64,000 bases of DNA, from NCBI GenBank assembly GCA_000165345.1, contig CM000435.1, positions 1,056,001 to 1,120,000 on the forward strand, read 5' to 3'. A model generated the notes under the pieces. It saw only the letters and a list, made by a program, of their open reading frames with translations, did not search any database and was not told the origin of the DNA. Position 1 is the stretch's first letter; each line of letters begins with the position of its first letter. Below, in pieces: positions 1-10,543 of this stretch. The translations under genes were made by a program, and so were the position numbers.

Positions 1-1
1 G

Positions 2-148
2 ACAAATCCAGAAATCCTAAACAGAGAGGCCAAAAGAAAGCTCGAGTATATTTATGACAAGCTTAATAATATTAAGGAAACTAATACTAGTAGCAATGCT
101 TATAGTGCTGTTAAAGTCGGTATGGGATTTGGACAGTTTGGATATTGA
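2..148 (+). CDS. 3'-terminal fragment of an upstream gene (partial CDS, stop TGA at 146-148); product unknown
   Basis: Open frame runs from the window edge (…TNPEILNREAKRKLEYIYDKLNNIKETNTSSNAYSAVKVGMGFGQFGY*). It is too short to be in the ORF track and I recognise no family. Confidence 0.3.
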   Translation, partial: TNPEILNREAKRKLEYIYDKLNNIKETNTSSNAYSAVKVGMGFGQFGY

Positions 149-341
149 AATTCCCAAATTTAATTAACTAAAAAGTTTTCTCATTTCAAAGCCTAACCAA
201 TTGGCTAAGACTACAGAGCTATTAATTACTTTTCCCTTCTTTTTCTCTTTTCATCCTCTTTTATTCTATTGAATTCTTTATCTTTTCTCTCATATTACTA
301 AAATCAACTGTTTGGATGAATACAGTGCATACATCTCTTCA

Positions 342-740
342 TCACGCTTTGACCTCTGAGGAAGACGAGGATGCTGAAGCAGACGAAGAAATACCCATGT
401 TTGATTCTTTATTAAGATTCTCAATTAAAGTTTTAAGTTCCTCCTCTATCGATTCATATTGCTTCTCTAGCTCGGAAATTGCTGAGTCCAAGGCAGCCTT
501 TTCCTTTTCCAGTGCAGGCTTTACTGTTTTCACAGTCCTTTCCACCATAACTCCGCCAATTACTCTAAAACATCTCCTTTCTGGGTCAACCTTCTCAAAA
601 GCATTAAGTACAAGACCATGTTCTTTACTATCTTGAGATAATTCTGAAATCTTACTGCTCAAAACCTTTAGCTTTCTATCTAACTGTGAGATCTTCTCTC
701 TAGAAGCTCTTTCTTTGTCTATAGGAAAAGAAGAATTCAT
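342..740 (-). CDS. PFDN2: Prefoldin beta-type subunit (prefoldin subunit 2-like), 132 aa
   Basis: ATG start checked (cat at 738-740). Coiled-coil flanks surround the central motif RCFRVIGGVMVERTVKTVKPAL, which is typical of prefoldin subunit 2 (GIM4). Confidence 0.65.
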   Translation of the reverse strand: MNSSFPIDKERASREKISQLDRKLKVLSSKISELSQDSKEHGLVLNAFEKVDPERRCFRVIGGVMVERTVKTVKPALEKEKAALDSAISELEKQYESIEEELKTLIENLNKESNMGISSSASASSSSSEVKA

Positions 741-1055
741 TTTAATTAAATTTGAGATATACCAATTTCATGTCTATACAGACACTTCCTCCTAGAAACT
801 CACCTGTAGACATTTTGCTTATTTTACCCGAATTACCGAAAGAAGGAACTTCTAGTTGTATTTCTTTTTTTTCTTGCACCGTTTTTTTCCCTCAAAATTC
901 GGTACCTCTAAATTAATTTTAATATAAATTCACATGGGGACCTTATTAATGGAAAATGCCAAGTTTCCCGCCAAATCATAATTTATGCAATTAAATAAAT
1001 GTCAGAAAGAGAATAAATAGATTTGGCAAAGGAAAAAAAGAATTTGATTGAAAGA

Positions 1056-1961
1056 ATGAAGTACCTTCCAATGGTCAGTTCTTCACTTAATTCTACTTCC
1101 TATAACAGATTTTTATCAAAATTTGGAAGTAAGCAGAGACCAGTATCTAGTAAGAATAGGATATTATTAACGGGAGTGTACACATCAAGGAATCCAACGA
1201 AGCCACCAGGATATGAAAATGAGGACTCTTGTTGCGTAGGAACAAGTTATATTTGTGTTGCGGATGGAGTTGGTGGTTGGATTTCACAGGGAGTTAGTTC
1301 AGCTATGTATAGTAGACAGCTTGTAAATTACATAGAAACATGTATTAATGATTACTCAAGGGAACAGAAATGCGAGTTGGACAAAGATAAGTTCATTGAA
1401 ATGGTGAATAAGTGTTATGAAAATATGAAATCTTCCAAAATTATTGGTAGTTCTACGCTCTGTTTAGCTTATTTGGATAATAATAACAAACTTCATGTAT
1501 TTAATTTAGGGGATTCAAAGTGCGTAATATATAGAAAGGAAGAAAAAGAAGTCATTTTTGAGTCAGAGATTCAGCAACACAACTTTAACACTCCTTTTCA
1601 ACTAGGAACTGGGAGTATTGATACTCCTTATAATGCAGATTATATGATGTTAGAAGGTATCAAATCTGGAGATGCGATTATTGTAGCAACTGATGGACTA
1701 TGGGATAATATTTCAATGGATAAAGTTATTCGAATAGTCGATAATAATTTGTTGTATGAACCACAGAAAATTGCAGAAAAGCTTGGGAGGGAGGCTTTAC
1801 AGCTATCTTTGAACTCGGAGCATATTTCTCCATACTCGATGAGTTTAAATAACTATTTAAGCCAGAAATTGCAGTCGAATATTCAATCAAATGGTACTTT
1901 TGGTTTTGTATCTGGAGGAAAGCCTGATGATATCACTGTATCGATAGGGGTAGTCCAATAG
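1056..1961 (+). CDS. PP2C-family protein phosphatase, PPTC7/SpoIIE-like (301 aa)
   Basis: The ORF-track start at 1023 is TTG; the first ATG is at 1056 (MKYLPMVSS…). PP2C metal-binding motifs are present: ICVADGVGGW, IIVATDGLWDN and GGKPDDITVSIGVV. Confidence 0.75.
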   Translation: MKYLPMVSSSLNSTSYNRFLSKFGSKQRPVSSKNRILLTGVYTSRNPTKPPGYENEDSCCVGTSYICVADGVGGWISQGVSSAMYSRQLVNYIETCINDYSREQKCELDKDKFIEMVNKCYENMKSSKIIGSSTLCLAYLDNNNKLHVFNLGDSKCVIYRKEEKEVIFESEIQQHNFNTPFQLGTGSIDTPYNADYMMLEGIKSGDAIIVATDGLWDNISMDKVIRIVDNNLLYEPQKIAEKLGREALQLSLNSEHISPYSMSLNNYLSQKLQSNIQSNGTFGFVSGGKPDDITVSIGVVQ

Positions 1962-1987
1962 TTTGCCAGAAGTATGTCTTTAATCTT

Positions 1988-2473
1988 CTAAGGTCTAGAT
2001 TCTTGTTTATTCATCGTAACCTTAATTGAAATTCCACTCACATTTCTTGTGCTTTTCGAAGATTCCCATTCTCTTTCTTCATTAATATGTACATCAGTTA
2101 CTTTGATAGTATTTGTAGTCACTTCAATCTTGATTTTATCTCCTAAATTTGACTTCAAGTCCTGAACAAGCCAAATTGCTGTCATTATACAGGCTCCCAT
2201 TCCATGTATTACTACAAATTGTTCATTTTTTCCTGACTTAAAAAGCTTTTTATTCCGTCTACATCCAAGCCTTTCTTCGTAAATAGAATTATGAGCCTCT
2301 GAAACTGTGAGAAGATTCATTGCTCTTCTAAAGTATACTATTAATGGTCTCTTTCTTGTTACATAGATATCATTTTCCTTAATTTCCTTTGGTATCACTG
2401 CCTTCTTAACCATTCGAGTCTTTTTTTCTTCTTTACCTACTTCATCAGGTACTTTCATCAACACATCATTCAT
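1988..2473 (-). CDS. POP7: RNase P/MRP protein subunit POP7/Rpp20 (Alba-like fold), 161 aa
   Basis: The blocks NDIYVTRKRPLIVYFRRAMNLL and QFVVIHGMGACIMTAIWLVQDL match those of human POP7 from memory (NDIYVNMKTDFKAQLARCQKLL and EIYIHGLGLAINRAINIALQLQ), as does the C-terminal SGISIKV. Confidence 0.6.
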   Translation of the reverse strand: MNDVLMKVPDEVGKEEKKTRMVKKAVIPKEIKENDIYVTRKRPLIVYFRRAMNLLTVSEAHNSIYEERLGCRRNKKLFKSGKNEQFVVIHGMGACIMTAIWLVQDLKSNLGDKIKIEVTTNTIKVTDVHINEEREWESSKSTRNVSGISIKVTMNKQESRP

Positions 2474-3462
2474 CTTTCACTCTCAAAATGGCTATTTTTG
2501 CACGTACAAGATTAGAGATCTCAATTTTTACAGACATTAGTCTATGTTAATTTGGGTTTTGGCGCCAACCACTCATTATATTTGAAATTAAGCTTGGAAT
2601 AATAGAAAGGCCAAAGGTTACTAAATAAAAGTTATTTATCAGTATTACAACAAATTAAAACGAGTTTTATTGTTTTTCTATTTACTTCATTACTAATATT
2701 TATTTTCTTCTCTATTTGTTGTATAAGTAGAGAGTAGTCATTTTAAGCTAAGGATCAAGTTCATTTAAAAGGATAATATACAATATTCTAAGTAAATTAT
2801 TGCAATTTTAAATAGATCTGAAAGGGAAAATATCTTAGAAATATAAAATAAATTAGAAAACTATTCGTTCAAATATAATTATTACTATATATAAAAAGGC
2901 TTTTGCGTATTCATAATTTTAATTTTGACTTTATTATATTCCATTATTACGTGAAGACCTCGAAATATAGGTAAACAAATTCAAGTTTTAACTTAACAAA
3001 ATTTGTTAAAAAAAATTGTCCACAATTTTAACATATTTCCCACCAAAAATAACCAATCCAAAATATTTGTAACTCAATATATCAATTTCATTTATTTGCA
3101 TGTAATTATAATGTCAGCGCGCATAGTACCGGAGTTTTGGCGGTAACTACACCCACAAATTGATTATTGGCCAATGAAATAGAAACAAATAAAAACTTTA
3201 TCAATTGAACCTGCTTTTCTTTGAAATTAAGAACAAATGGGCCGATTATTCCCATGTATCAATAGATCATCCTTAATACTTCTTATTTTTTTTAATCCTT
3301 TGATCTTTTGGTCTAATTTTTTCTTTTTTTTTAATCAAGATATAAACTCGATGTGGATACCCGCGATGTCTCGTATGTCTTATTTAGGTACTGATTTGAA
3401 ACTTGGAAAAGAGCTGATTTAAACTAGGAGATATTAATATAAAGGTGATATTGTAGTTTAGA

Positions 3463-4860
3463 ATGGCTAGGATGTTATTAAAGAACTTTATTATATTTTT
3501 ATTGTCAGCTTTATGCTTGGCTTTTGTGCCAAATTTTGCTGTACTTGGTGCGGAAAATGAGACTGGATCTTACCAAACCAAAAGCCTTTCGATGGAATCA
3601 TTCACCTCATCTTCTTCTTCATTTAGTTCATCTTATCAATTTCAATCTTCTACAACAACCCCCGCTACAGAATGTAGTGAATGTCCAGATTCCATGTTCC
3701 CCGAGAAGAGTGAAGATGGCGAGAAAGACTCACAATCTCCAATATTTTTAGATGAACTTTATTCCAAATATTACGAATTTAAGAGTAGCCAGGAAGGTTC
3801 AAGTATTGATGAATCCTCTTCTGATCAAATTGTTCTTGTCACACCGCCTGTAACCACGCCAGTTGCGACGCCAATTCCAGCTCCAAGAACTACAACTACT
3901 ACAACTACCACTACTACCACTACTACCACCACTACCACCACCACCACTACTACTTCGCCTACTGAATCTCCAAAGTTCCCTCTTGATGATATAATTGTTT
4001 CAGTTTCTCCAATTGACGAATCATTTTTATACTCTCCTAAAAATGAAAATTCAAAGTATTTCAATGAATGTATAGGTCAAGACTGTATGGAACTTGCAGC
4101 AGTCGGTTCAAAGGTCAGTGATTTGGTTAACATATTTGAGCAAGGACCTTCCGATTTTGCTAAGCCAAGAGGTGAATCCTCGAGATCAGAGGTTGCAAAG
4201 CTTGTCAATGTATTCGAGAAATTTGATGATGAAGACCAGTTTGAACCCAAAGTTGTTAGTCCAACTTTGAATGCCTTGAGGGAAGGTACCTTAGAATACT
4301 TACAACTCCCAGAAAAGGTTGAGCCTGAGGTTTCCCATTTTATAACAACTAGGGAAGTTGTACCAAAGATGGCTTTGAAATTCGAATCTCTCAAATATGA
4401 AGACCCTAAAAACGAGATTGATGATGAATATGTTGCTACTTCTCTTGTGGAAGTTACTGATCGTTCTTCTGAGAAGCAATTAAGGTCCAGAGTAACTAAA
4501 GAGGCTGTTCCAAAGCTTATTGAAGCTTGGGAAAGTCTTAGAAAAGACGAGGAACTGATTCCTCTCCGTTCTAGAAAGACTGGATACACCTTTAAAGAGT
4601 TTTGCGATGATAAGATTAAGAAATGTTCAGATTCATTAACCGAGAAGCCTGCTTTAATTGAAGGCATTCAATTCCCTCCAGCAGAATATGATATTGTTGA
4701 AGTTCAACCTATTAAGAAACACAAAATCAAGATTAGAGCAGTATCCAATAATCCAGAATCCGCAAAGGAAGAGCTCAAAAAAAGTGCCAAAAAATTAGGA
4801 TTGGATTTGGAAGATGAAAAAATCAAAATTTCTAAATTAAGAGGGTACAAATTAATATAA
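3463..4860 (+). CDS. Secreted mucin-like glycoprotein with an N-terminal signal peptide and a Thr22 tract, 465 aa
   Basis: ATG checked. Hydrophobic N-terminus LLSALCLAFVPNFAVLGA. A Ser-rich stretch precedes 22 consecutive Thr (a likely O-glycosylation region). The C-terminal half is acidic and Lys-rich. Confidence 0.7.
   Translation: MARMLLKNFIIFLLSALCLAFVPNFAVLGAENETGSYQTKSLSMESFTSSSSSFSSSYQFQSSTTTPATECSECPDSMFPEKSEDGEKDSQSPIFLDELYSKYYEFKSSQEGSSIDESSSDQIVLVTPPVTTPVATPIPAPRTTTTTTTTTTTTTTTTTTTTTTSPTESPKFPLDDIIVSVSPIDESFLYSPKNENSKYFNECIGQDCMELAAVGSKVSDLVNIFEQGPSDFAKPRGESSRSEVAKLVNVFEKFDDEDQFEPKVVSPTLNALREGTLEYLQLPEKVEPEVSHFITTREVVPKMALKFESLKYEDPKNEIDDEYVATSLVEVTDRSSEKQLRSRVTKEAVPKLIEAWESLRKDEELIPLRSRKTGYTFKEFCDDKIKKCSDSLTEKPALIEGIQFPPAEYDIVEVQPIKKHKIKIRAVSNNPESAKEELKKSAKKLGLDLEDEKIKISKLRGYKLI
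3889..3954 (+). repeat. In-frame (ACT/ACC/ACA)22 trinucleotide repeat encoding poly-Thr
   Basis: Read directly: 22 consecutive Thr codons inside the mucin CDS. The antisense frame gives the poly-Val ORF 3825..4064, which is an artefact. Confidence 0.85.
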
Positions 4861-5609
4861 AACTTACTACCTTTACAAATAGGGCGTGACATTCCCCTAA
4901 TAAATTCCCTTTTACATATTAGTTCATCCCCATCATCTATTGATTTTATAGGAATGTTATAGCTTTGGTCAAACATTAGTAAATGCCTGTATTCCTATGG
5001 AATCAAGAATTACAATCCTTCTATGAGTTAGCTTATATATACTTAAAGGGAGAATTATAGAGAAGTGACGGGTGATTACCGTTAATCCCTATCTTCAAAG
5101 ATAACAACATGCTTTATGGCATATTTACAGTGTTTTAACATACAAAATAAGGATCTGTATTTGGAAGGTCCTGGTCTTGAACTTTTTCCAGAGTCTCAAA
5201 TTGGAAATCCTGAAATCTACAGTACTAACTTTCGAAGATTTGGTCAAAAATCCAAGTTGAATGACTTTTTTCTTGGAATCGGCAGATCATCCAGGAATAA
5301 TAAAGGTTATTTGTTCCTCTCAATAAGAATTTTTTAATTGCGAGTAGTAGTAGGTATTCTTCAATAGACTCAACCATACGCGAATAGGCCCTTTAAAATT
5401 CATGTTCCTGTTTGTAACAAGCTCTGCTAAAGACCTATTTTCCATTCTTTCTCCCCTCACACCCCCTCCTTTTCTATCGAACTCTTTTCTTATAAAATCA
5501 TTCAACTTTCTTTGCCATTATATTATTTTGAGTGGGGAGAGATTTGGCGGGCTCAACGGGTCCAGATATTGTATTAACTTAGTAAGAAGTAGAGGTAAAA
5601 AGAAAAAAG

Positions 5610-6065
5610 ATGACAAAAAGTTCAGAAATGAGTGGATCAGTAGGAGGTAAAAACATTGAAAAGTTGATAAATAGTAGTCTAGATGACATTGTGAGAGAGG
5701 CCAAGAAGGAAAGACAAAAGAAGGCAAATCTTACACAGAGTAGAGTAAGGAATGGAAGAGGTGGTAAAGGCCAAAATTTAAAGAAGAGGGGTGAAAGAAG
5801 ACCAAATAGTGTGAATTCAAATGGTAGGAGAAACTTTAAGGGTTCTCCAGGTAAGATTTCAAGAAGTAGAGGAGGAAATCGAGGAAGAGGTTTTGATCAA
5901 GGGAAGAGGATGAGTAGAGATCAAGTTAAAAGTATCCAAATTGTAGCCAAGCTTGATTCTATTCCAACCCCAACAGCACAACAGAAGGCGGGTTTAAATA
6001 ACTTGGAGATAATTCCAAGCTCAATTTCGTCTCAAAAGGCCAGGAGAAATCGAGTATTTAGTTAG
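5610..6065 (+). CDS. Small basic RGG-rich nuclear protein with an N-terminal UAP56-binding-like motif (SLDDIV). It looks Aly/REF- or CHTOP(FoP)-like but has no RRM. 151 aa
   Basis: ATG checked. The motif LINSSLDDIVREAKK resembles the UBM of Aly/REF, UIF and CHTOP. It is followed by RGG/GRG repeats (RNGRGGKGQ…SRGGNRGRGF). An E2F-like box TTTGGCGGGC lies at 5544-5553 upstream. Confidence 0.5.
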   Translation: MTKSSEMSGSVGGKNIEKLINSSLDDIVREAKKERQKKANLTQSRVRNGRGGKGQNLKKRGERRPNSVNSNGRRNFKGSPGKISRSRGGNRGRGFDQGKRMSRDQVKSIQIVAKLDSIPTPTAQQKAGLNNLEIIPSSISSQKARRNRVFS

Positions 6066-6185
6066 AAGAGTCAAGGAAAGTGAATAGGAGAGAAGAGAGA
6101 AAGGAATCATAATTACTTTAAACTGAATAAATTAGGATATTACTTGAAACTTAACTCATGAGGGATATACTAAGTCATATTTCCT

Positions 6186-7352
6186 CTACCTAATAAACTT
6201 GCTGGGTTTTGGGACAACTAAACCCATTTTTTGCAATTGACGATACCAATTAGTCATCATTCCGCTACACCATTGTTTAAGTTCTCTATTAATTGAATTA
6301 CTCACAACTCGGTTGATTTTATTGCTAAACATCATTCCAGATACAGTTAAATAATGTAGTTTGAAGGCCTTGTGATAGTTGTTTGTACACTCAGTAACAG
6401 TTTTTGATAGTTTCATCCCAAGTGGAGGGATACGTTTAATAATCCTAACATTGTCAAGTTCTGGGCTATAGGATGTTAAGAAAAACCTCCATTGCATCCT
6501 ATTTAGATCGTAGTCAGATGGGTGTTGAGGTTGGATTGGCAAATAGCCTTTTGGGGGAATTGCTTGTATGGGGGAATTTTGTGAAAATGTAGGTGAAGCC
6601 AGCTCCAACTCTGGAACAGTGGTCTTAAAGGTATCCCTGAAAATACCCTTAATTCCTTTTCTGCCTGCAATTGGAGGTGTATTCTGTTCTTCGAAGTATC
6701 TTGCAATGTCTGCTTCATCAGAATCTCCAGGAACTGTAGTTGAAGTTTGATATACTTTTTGAATTCTGCTAGGGATAGTTTTTCTTTCAATTCTAGTTTG
6801 TTGCAAAGCTGGATATCCTCCTGCTCTAGTATTGTACTCCCTGTGGCTTTTAGTTGAGATTGAGGGCATTTCTTGAAGCTGTAAAGGTGAAGCTTCATCG
6901 CTTTGACTCTCCTCGTCCCAAGTAAATTGTTTTCCTTGTTGTTGAGTAATAGATGGCTGAACTAATTCAAAACTATCTTCTGAGAACATTTCTTGATCTA
7001 ATTCTTCAAATGAAGGAGACATAATTCTTTCCCTATACATTTGTGGAACTTTTCTAGGTTTTCTGGACAACTGTGACCTCATTTGTTTCACCATTTGAGG
7101 AGGTACTCTCGACTCACTAACTGGAATCCACCCTGTCCACCTTCCATTTATTCTTCTTGAACAAAGCCATCCGATGGAACCATCTGAATATAGTTCCCCC
7201 CTGAACCTCTCCGGAAGGGGTCTGGTTGGGATTTTCTTCCTTGAAACATAGACTGTTCTATAATTAGGACTTCCTAAATGAATAGCATTCGCACACAAAA
7301 TGTGTGTAACAATAAGTAATAAGCATCCTAGTCCAACTAGAACCTTCATCAT
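6186..7352 (-). CDS. Hypothetical secreted or signal-anchored protein (388 aa)
   Basis: The ORF-track start at 7448 is TTG; the first ATG is at 7352 (MMKVLVGLGCLLLIVTHILCANA, a signal peptide). The sequence skipped by moving the start holds a GCATGC box (7438-7445), which fits non-coding DNA. No family recognised. Confidence 0.5.
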   Translation of the reverse strand: MMKVLVGLGCLLLIVTHILCANAIHLGSPNYRTVYVSRKKIPTRPLPERFRGELYSDGSIGWLCSRRINGRWTGWIPVSESRVPPQMVKQMRSQLSRKPRKVPQMYRERIMSPSFEELDQEMFSEDSFELVQPSITQQQGKQFTWDEESQSDEASPLQLQEMPSISTKSHREYNTRAGGYPALQQTRIERKTIPSRIQKVYQTSTTVPGDSDEADIARYFEEQNTPPIAGRKGIKGIFRDTFKTTVPELELASPTFSQNSPIQAIPPKGYLPIQPQHPSDYDLNRMQWRFFLTSYSPELDNVRIIKRIPPLGMKLSKTVTECTNNYHKAFKLHYLTVSGMMFSNKINRVVSNSINRELKQWCSGMMTNWYRQLQKMGLVVPKPSKFIR

Positions 7353-7481
7353 TGAAAGAATCTCATTTATTCCACTCTGCTTTTTTACTGAACGAGCAAC
7401 ATTGGCATTTTTAGATCGTAATGGCGCCAAAGCATGACATGCATGCAAATTTATTGTGGGGCGGGAGAAAGAGTCTGGAAA

Positions 7482-10226
7482 CTAAGAAAAGAAGTCAGAA
7501 ACTTGAACTTCCATTTTGACAGCGTCAGTACAGCCATCGTTGTACCTGTAAATGCAGAAAGAGCTTGGTTTCTCTGAATTAATTTTTGATTTTTCTTTAA
7601 CTTTTAGTTTGTTAATTAGATCTTGGAATTTAGGAATAGAGACAAAAATATCAGCCGGTACTTGTTTTTCAAGTAACTTATTTTTTTCATTTGATCGTGT
7701 ATTTTTTTTACAAGAAGATTTGGGGTTAAAGTAGTGAATTCCTGGGATAATTTCTTTGGAAATATCTTCTCTGAAAAAATCTATCAACTGGTTAATGAGA
7801 GTGTAAAACCCAATATCGTAAATGAACTTTCCAGGGCTTGGAGGTAAAACTGAGGGATTTCTGACATATCCTGACTCTATTGAGTTAGTCAGACATTGAA
7901 AAGTGTAAAGGGATTCAATATTTGGCTTGAGGAAATGTGAGATTTTACTGTTTGTAGTATTTTTCTCAGAAAATAAGCCACGGGTTTGGTCTTCAAACTT
8001 TAATCCAAAGCAAATCATCTTTGAGATGAGGTTTTTGAGAATTGAGAGGGATTCTAACTCCTCAGAACTGAGAGATTTTCTGTCATTATTGATGAGACAT
8101 TTAAATTTTGGGAAAATTTTGGTGGATTTCCATACATTGAGATTTTTTAATAAACCAATTCCATTGAAATGAGTTAACATGGAAGGTAAAGTGTATACTT
8201 TGAAGGCATTTGTCATGGTTTCTACTCTTATTGTTTCTATTGTTGAGGAGGAGATATCCCTGTAAATACTGTTGATCGAATTTGAAATATTTTGTGAAAA
8301 AGTAAAGGTTGAGGAGCCTAGATGCCTAAATTGGTTACAATGAAGTCCCATGATTCTCTTGGAAACAAGAGTTGCTGAACTTAAGAATGGAACTAATGAA
8401 TTTGTTCTTGAGAAAAGAATATTATGTTCAACAATTGAGTCTAAAATTAGTTTCAAATAGTCGTAGTAGAAATCACTCATCAAGTTACAACGGTATATAT
8501 TCTCGTTAAGTAATCCAGCAAGGTTTAATCCGAAATTTGCTAAACATTCTTCTCCATATTCCAGCACATATTCAAAGACTTCATTTTTCTTTATTCCAGA
8601 TTCAAGTCCAAAACATGTTTTAATAAACCCTGAAATATCCTGATCCAGATCTTTGGTATAACAACAATTCTCAAAATCCTCCCAATATATTGGAATCTGA
8701 GCTTTTTTCTCTCTTATATTCCCATTTTCCCCATCTTCTTTACTAACCTCTTTCTGGCTCATCAAATATATTGAGTTAAGACATGATCTAATATCACAAT
8801 TATGGATCTTAATAAGTTCATTCAGAATTTCATCATCCTCTAGCTTCAATCTTTCGCTTCTACAAACATAACTAAGCCTTTTAAAGATCTTTTCCTTTGG
8901 AGGAGATGGAATTACAATGTTTAATGACTTCGCTCTTAGAGATCTTAGAGATCTTTCGTGGATATCGTTACAGATACATATTATTGGCCTACTAACTGTC
9001 TCACGGGTTTTAGAGTGAGTTTCTGACAATTTTACCAGGAAATTAAAACAATCTGATCTCTTCACAGCTCCACTATTTGACAAACTATCCAACTCATCTA
9101 TCATTATTAAGCTTGGCTTACTAGACCCTCGAATAGTCCCAAAATTAATTCCCATCTTAATTGAGTTCTCAAAGCTCTCTATTGTCTTCTCATCTGAAAC
9201 CTTTATCTCATTCACATTATATCCACATTGTTTTGCTAAGATCTTAACCATACTTGTCTTTCCACTCCCAGATGGACCTCCAATTAATAAAATAGGAATT
9301 TCTGGTGCCTCAGAACCTTTATTAGAGCTTTCTGATTTGAATACAAAGTTATCCCAGCTCTTAATCCATCTCAAAATACCTCTAATTGAACCCTCATCAT
9401 TTACTAAGTCTAAACAAGACTTTGGTATATATTTGGTTGTTAGTACTGGCCTATTTGTATATGTTCTTGAGATTTCATTCTTTTCAAAATCATTATTTGA
9501 ATCTTTGCTTGTCTTAAACTCTAGTAATGATTCTTCTAACAAATCCTTCTCTAGTTCAAGTTCTACAACATCAACATTTAATCTATTCCTTTTAATACTT
9601 CCTACAGGCCTTTCTTTAGATTTTATCTCCCCAAGTAAATTCAAAGTATCTTCTTTTTCCCAAGTTTCAACAAAGAATGTCTTAGAAGGGTTATATACAC
9701 CTGAAAATCGAATTATGCCTTTATTTAATCTTTCCATAGAAGAAATATTCTCAAAGATCTTATTTGATCTAGAATTATGTTTATCAATTTGCAATGTCTT
9801 TATGGAATTTAGGCCAAAAGTATCGTAAGCTTGCTCAAAGTCTAAATCATAGTCTATTGACTCAAATCTTGAGAAATCTAACTCTATTAATTCTTCTTCT
9901 TGAACTCCCATTCTATGATCTGAACTCTGACTTAGACTAAAATCCATGCTCACATCCATACCTGAATCCATTTTAATGCTTTCCTTTGTTCTAGAGTCGT
10001 TTAATCTTTTGTCCAGGTTATGTAAAGCTTTGGAAAGGGAAGTTTCACGAATATTTATAGAAGAGTTCTCATCAAGCTCTATACTTTCGCTTCCAGATAT
10101 GGGTTGGGGAGGAACATGTAATTCCTCACTCTTTTTCTGACCATCCAATTTCTTTCGCTTGGTTTCTGGCTTCCCTACCAAGCCAAAGGATTCATCCTCA
10201 CTCCAGTCTTCTTCTATGTCCCACAT
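7482..10226 (-). CDS. CTF18: Chromosome transmission fidelity factor 18 (RFC-like AAA+ clamp-loader large subunit), 914 aa
   Basis: Walker A LLIGGPSGSGKTSMVKILAKQCGY and Walker B LIMIDELDSL are present. The block RPIICICNDIHERSLRSL…CDIRSCLNSIYLM matches human CHTF18 from memory (RPIICICNDQFAPSLRQL…NDIRACINTLQFL). Confidence 0.7.
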   Translation of the reverse strand: MWDIEEDWSEDESFGLVGKPETKRKKLDGQKKSEELHVPPQPISGSESIELDENSSINIRETSLSKALHNLDKRLNDSRTKESIKMDSGMDVSMDFSLSQSSDHRMGVQEEELIELDFSRFESIDYDLDFEQAYDTFGLNSIKTLQIDKHNSRSNKIFENISSMERLNKGIIRFSGVYNPSKTFFVETWEKEDTLNLLGEIKSKERPVGSIKRNRLNVDVVELELEKDLLEESLLEFKTSKDSNNDFEKNEISRTYTNRPVLTTKYIPKSCLDLVNDEGSIRGILRWIKSWDNFVFKSESSNKGSEAPEIPILLIGGPSGSGKTSMVKILAKQCGYNVNEIKVSDEKTIESFENSIKMGINFGTIRGSSKPSLIMIDELDSLSNSGAVKRSDCFNFLVKLSETHSKTRETVSRPIICICNDIHERSLRSLRAKSLNIVIPSPPKEKIFKRLSYVCRSERLKLEDDEILNELIKIHNCDIRSCLNSIYLMSQKEVSKEDGENGNIREKKAQIPIYWEDFENCCYTKDLDQDISGFIKTCFGLESGIKKNEVFEYVLEYGEECLANFGLNLAGLLNENIYRCNLMSDFYYDYLKLILDSIVEHNILFSRTNSLVPFLSSATLVSKRIMGLHCNQFRHLGSSTFTFSQNISNSINSIYRDISSSTIETIRVETMTNAFKVYTLPSMLTHFNGIGLLKNLNVWKSTKIFPKFKCLINNDRKSLSSEELESLSILKNLISKMICFGLKFEDQTRGLFSEKNTTNSKISHFLKPNIESLYTFQCLTNSIESGYVRNPSVLPPSPGKFIYDIGFYTLINQLIDFFREDISKEIIPGIHYFNPKSSCKKNTRSNEKNKLLEKQVPADIFVSIPKFQDLINKLKVKEKSKINSEKPSSFCIYRYNDGCTDAVKMEVQVSDFFS

Positions 10227-10543
10227 TGCGGAACAACGACCTGGAGGATTGAATCTGATTTAAAGCTAATTAGTTAATTAATTCCCTGAGGGTTTTTTGT
10301 GTGATTTTTAACTTGTCATGCGGCATTTTCACTTCCCTTTTTACCTTTTCACATCATTTTGCTACTTTAATACGGACTTAGCACCCCTCTTGTTTTGGCG
10401 CGCATATGCATTAATTAAATTCAAGCATGCTGTAAGATTAATGATTAAAAAAAAGGTATTAAAGTTCAGAAAGAAGGTATTAAAGAAACCAGAGCATTAA
10501 TTGGCTGTTTGAATGGGAATAGCGGACCATTAGACCGTCAAAA

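Noticed and set aside
316-636. Plus-strand 106-aa ORF
   Set aside because: It is antisense to the prefoldin gene, low complexity, and lacks a start context or promoter boxes. It is an artefact of an open antisense frame.
3825-4064. 79-aa ORF encoding poly-Val
   Set aside because: It is the antisense reading of the (ACT/ACC)n poly-Thr repeat in the mucin gene.
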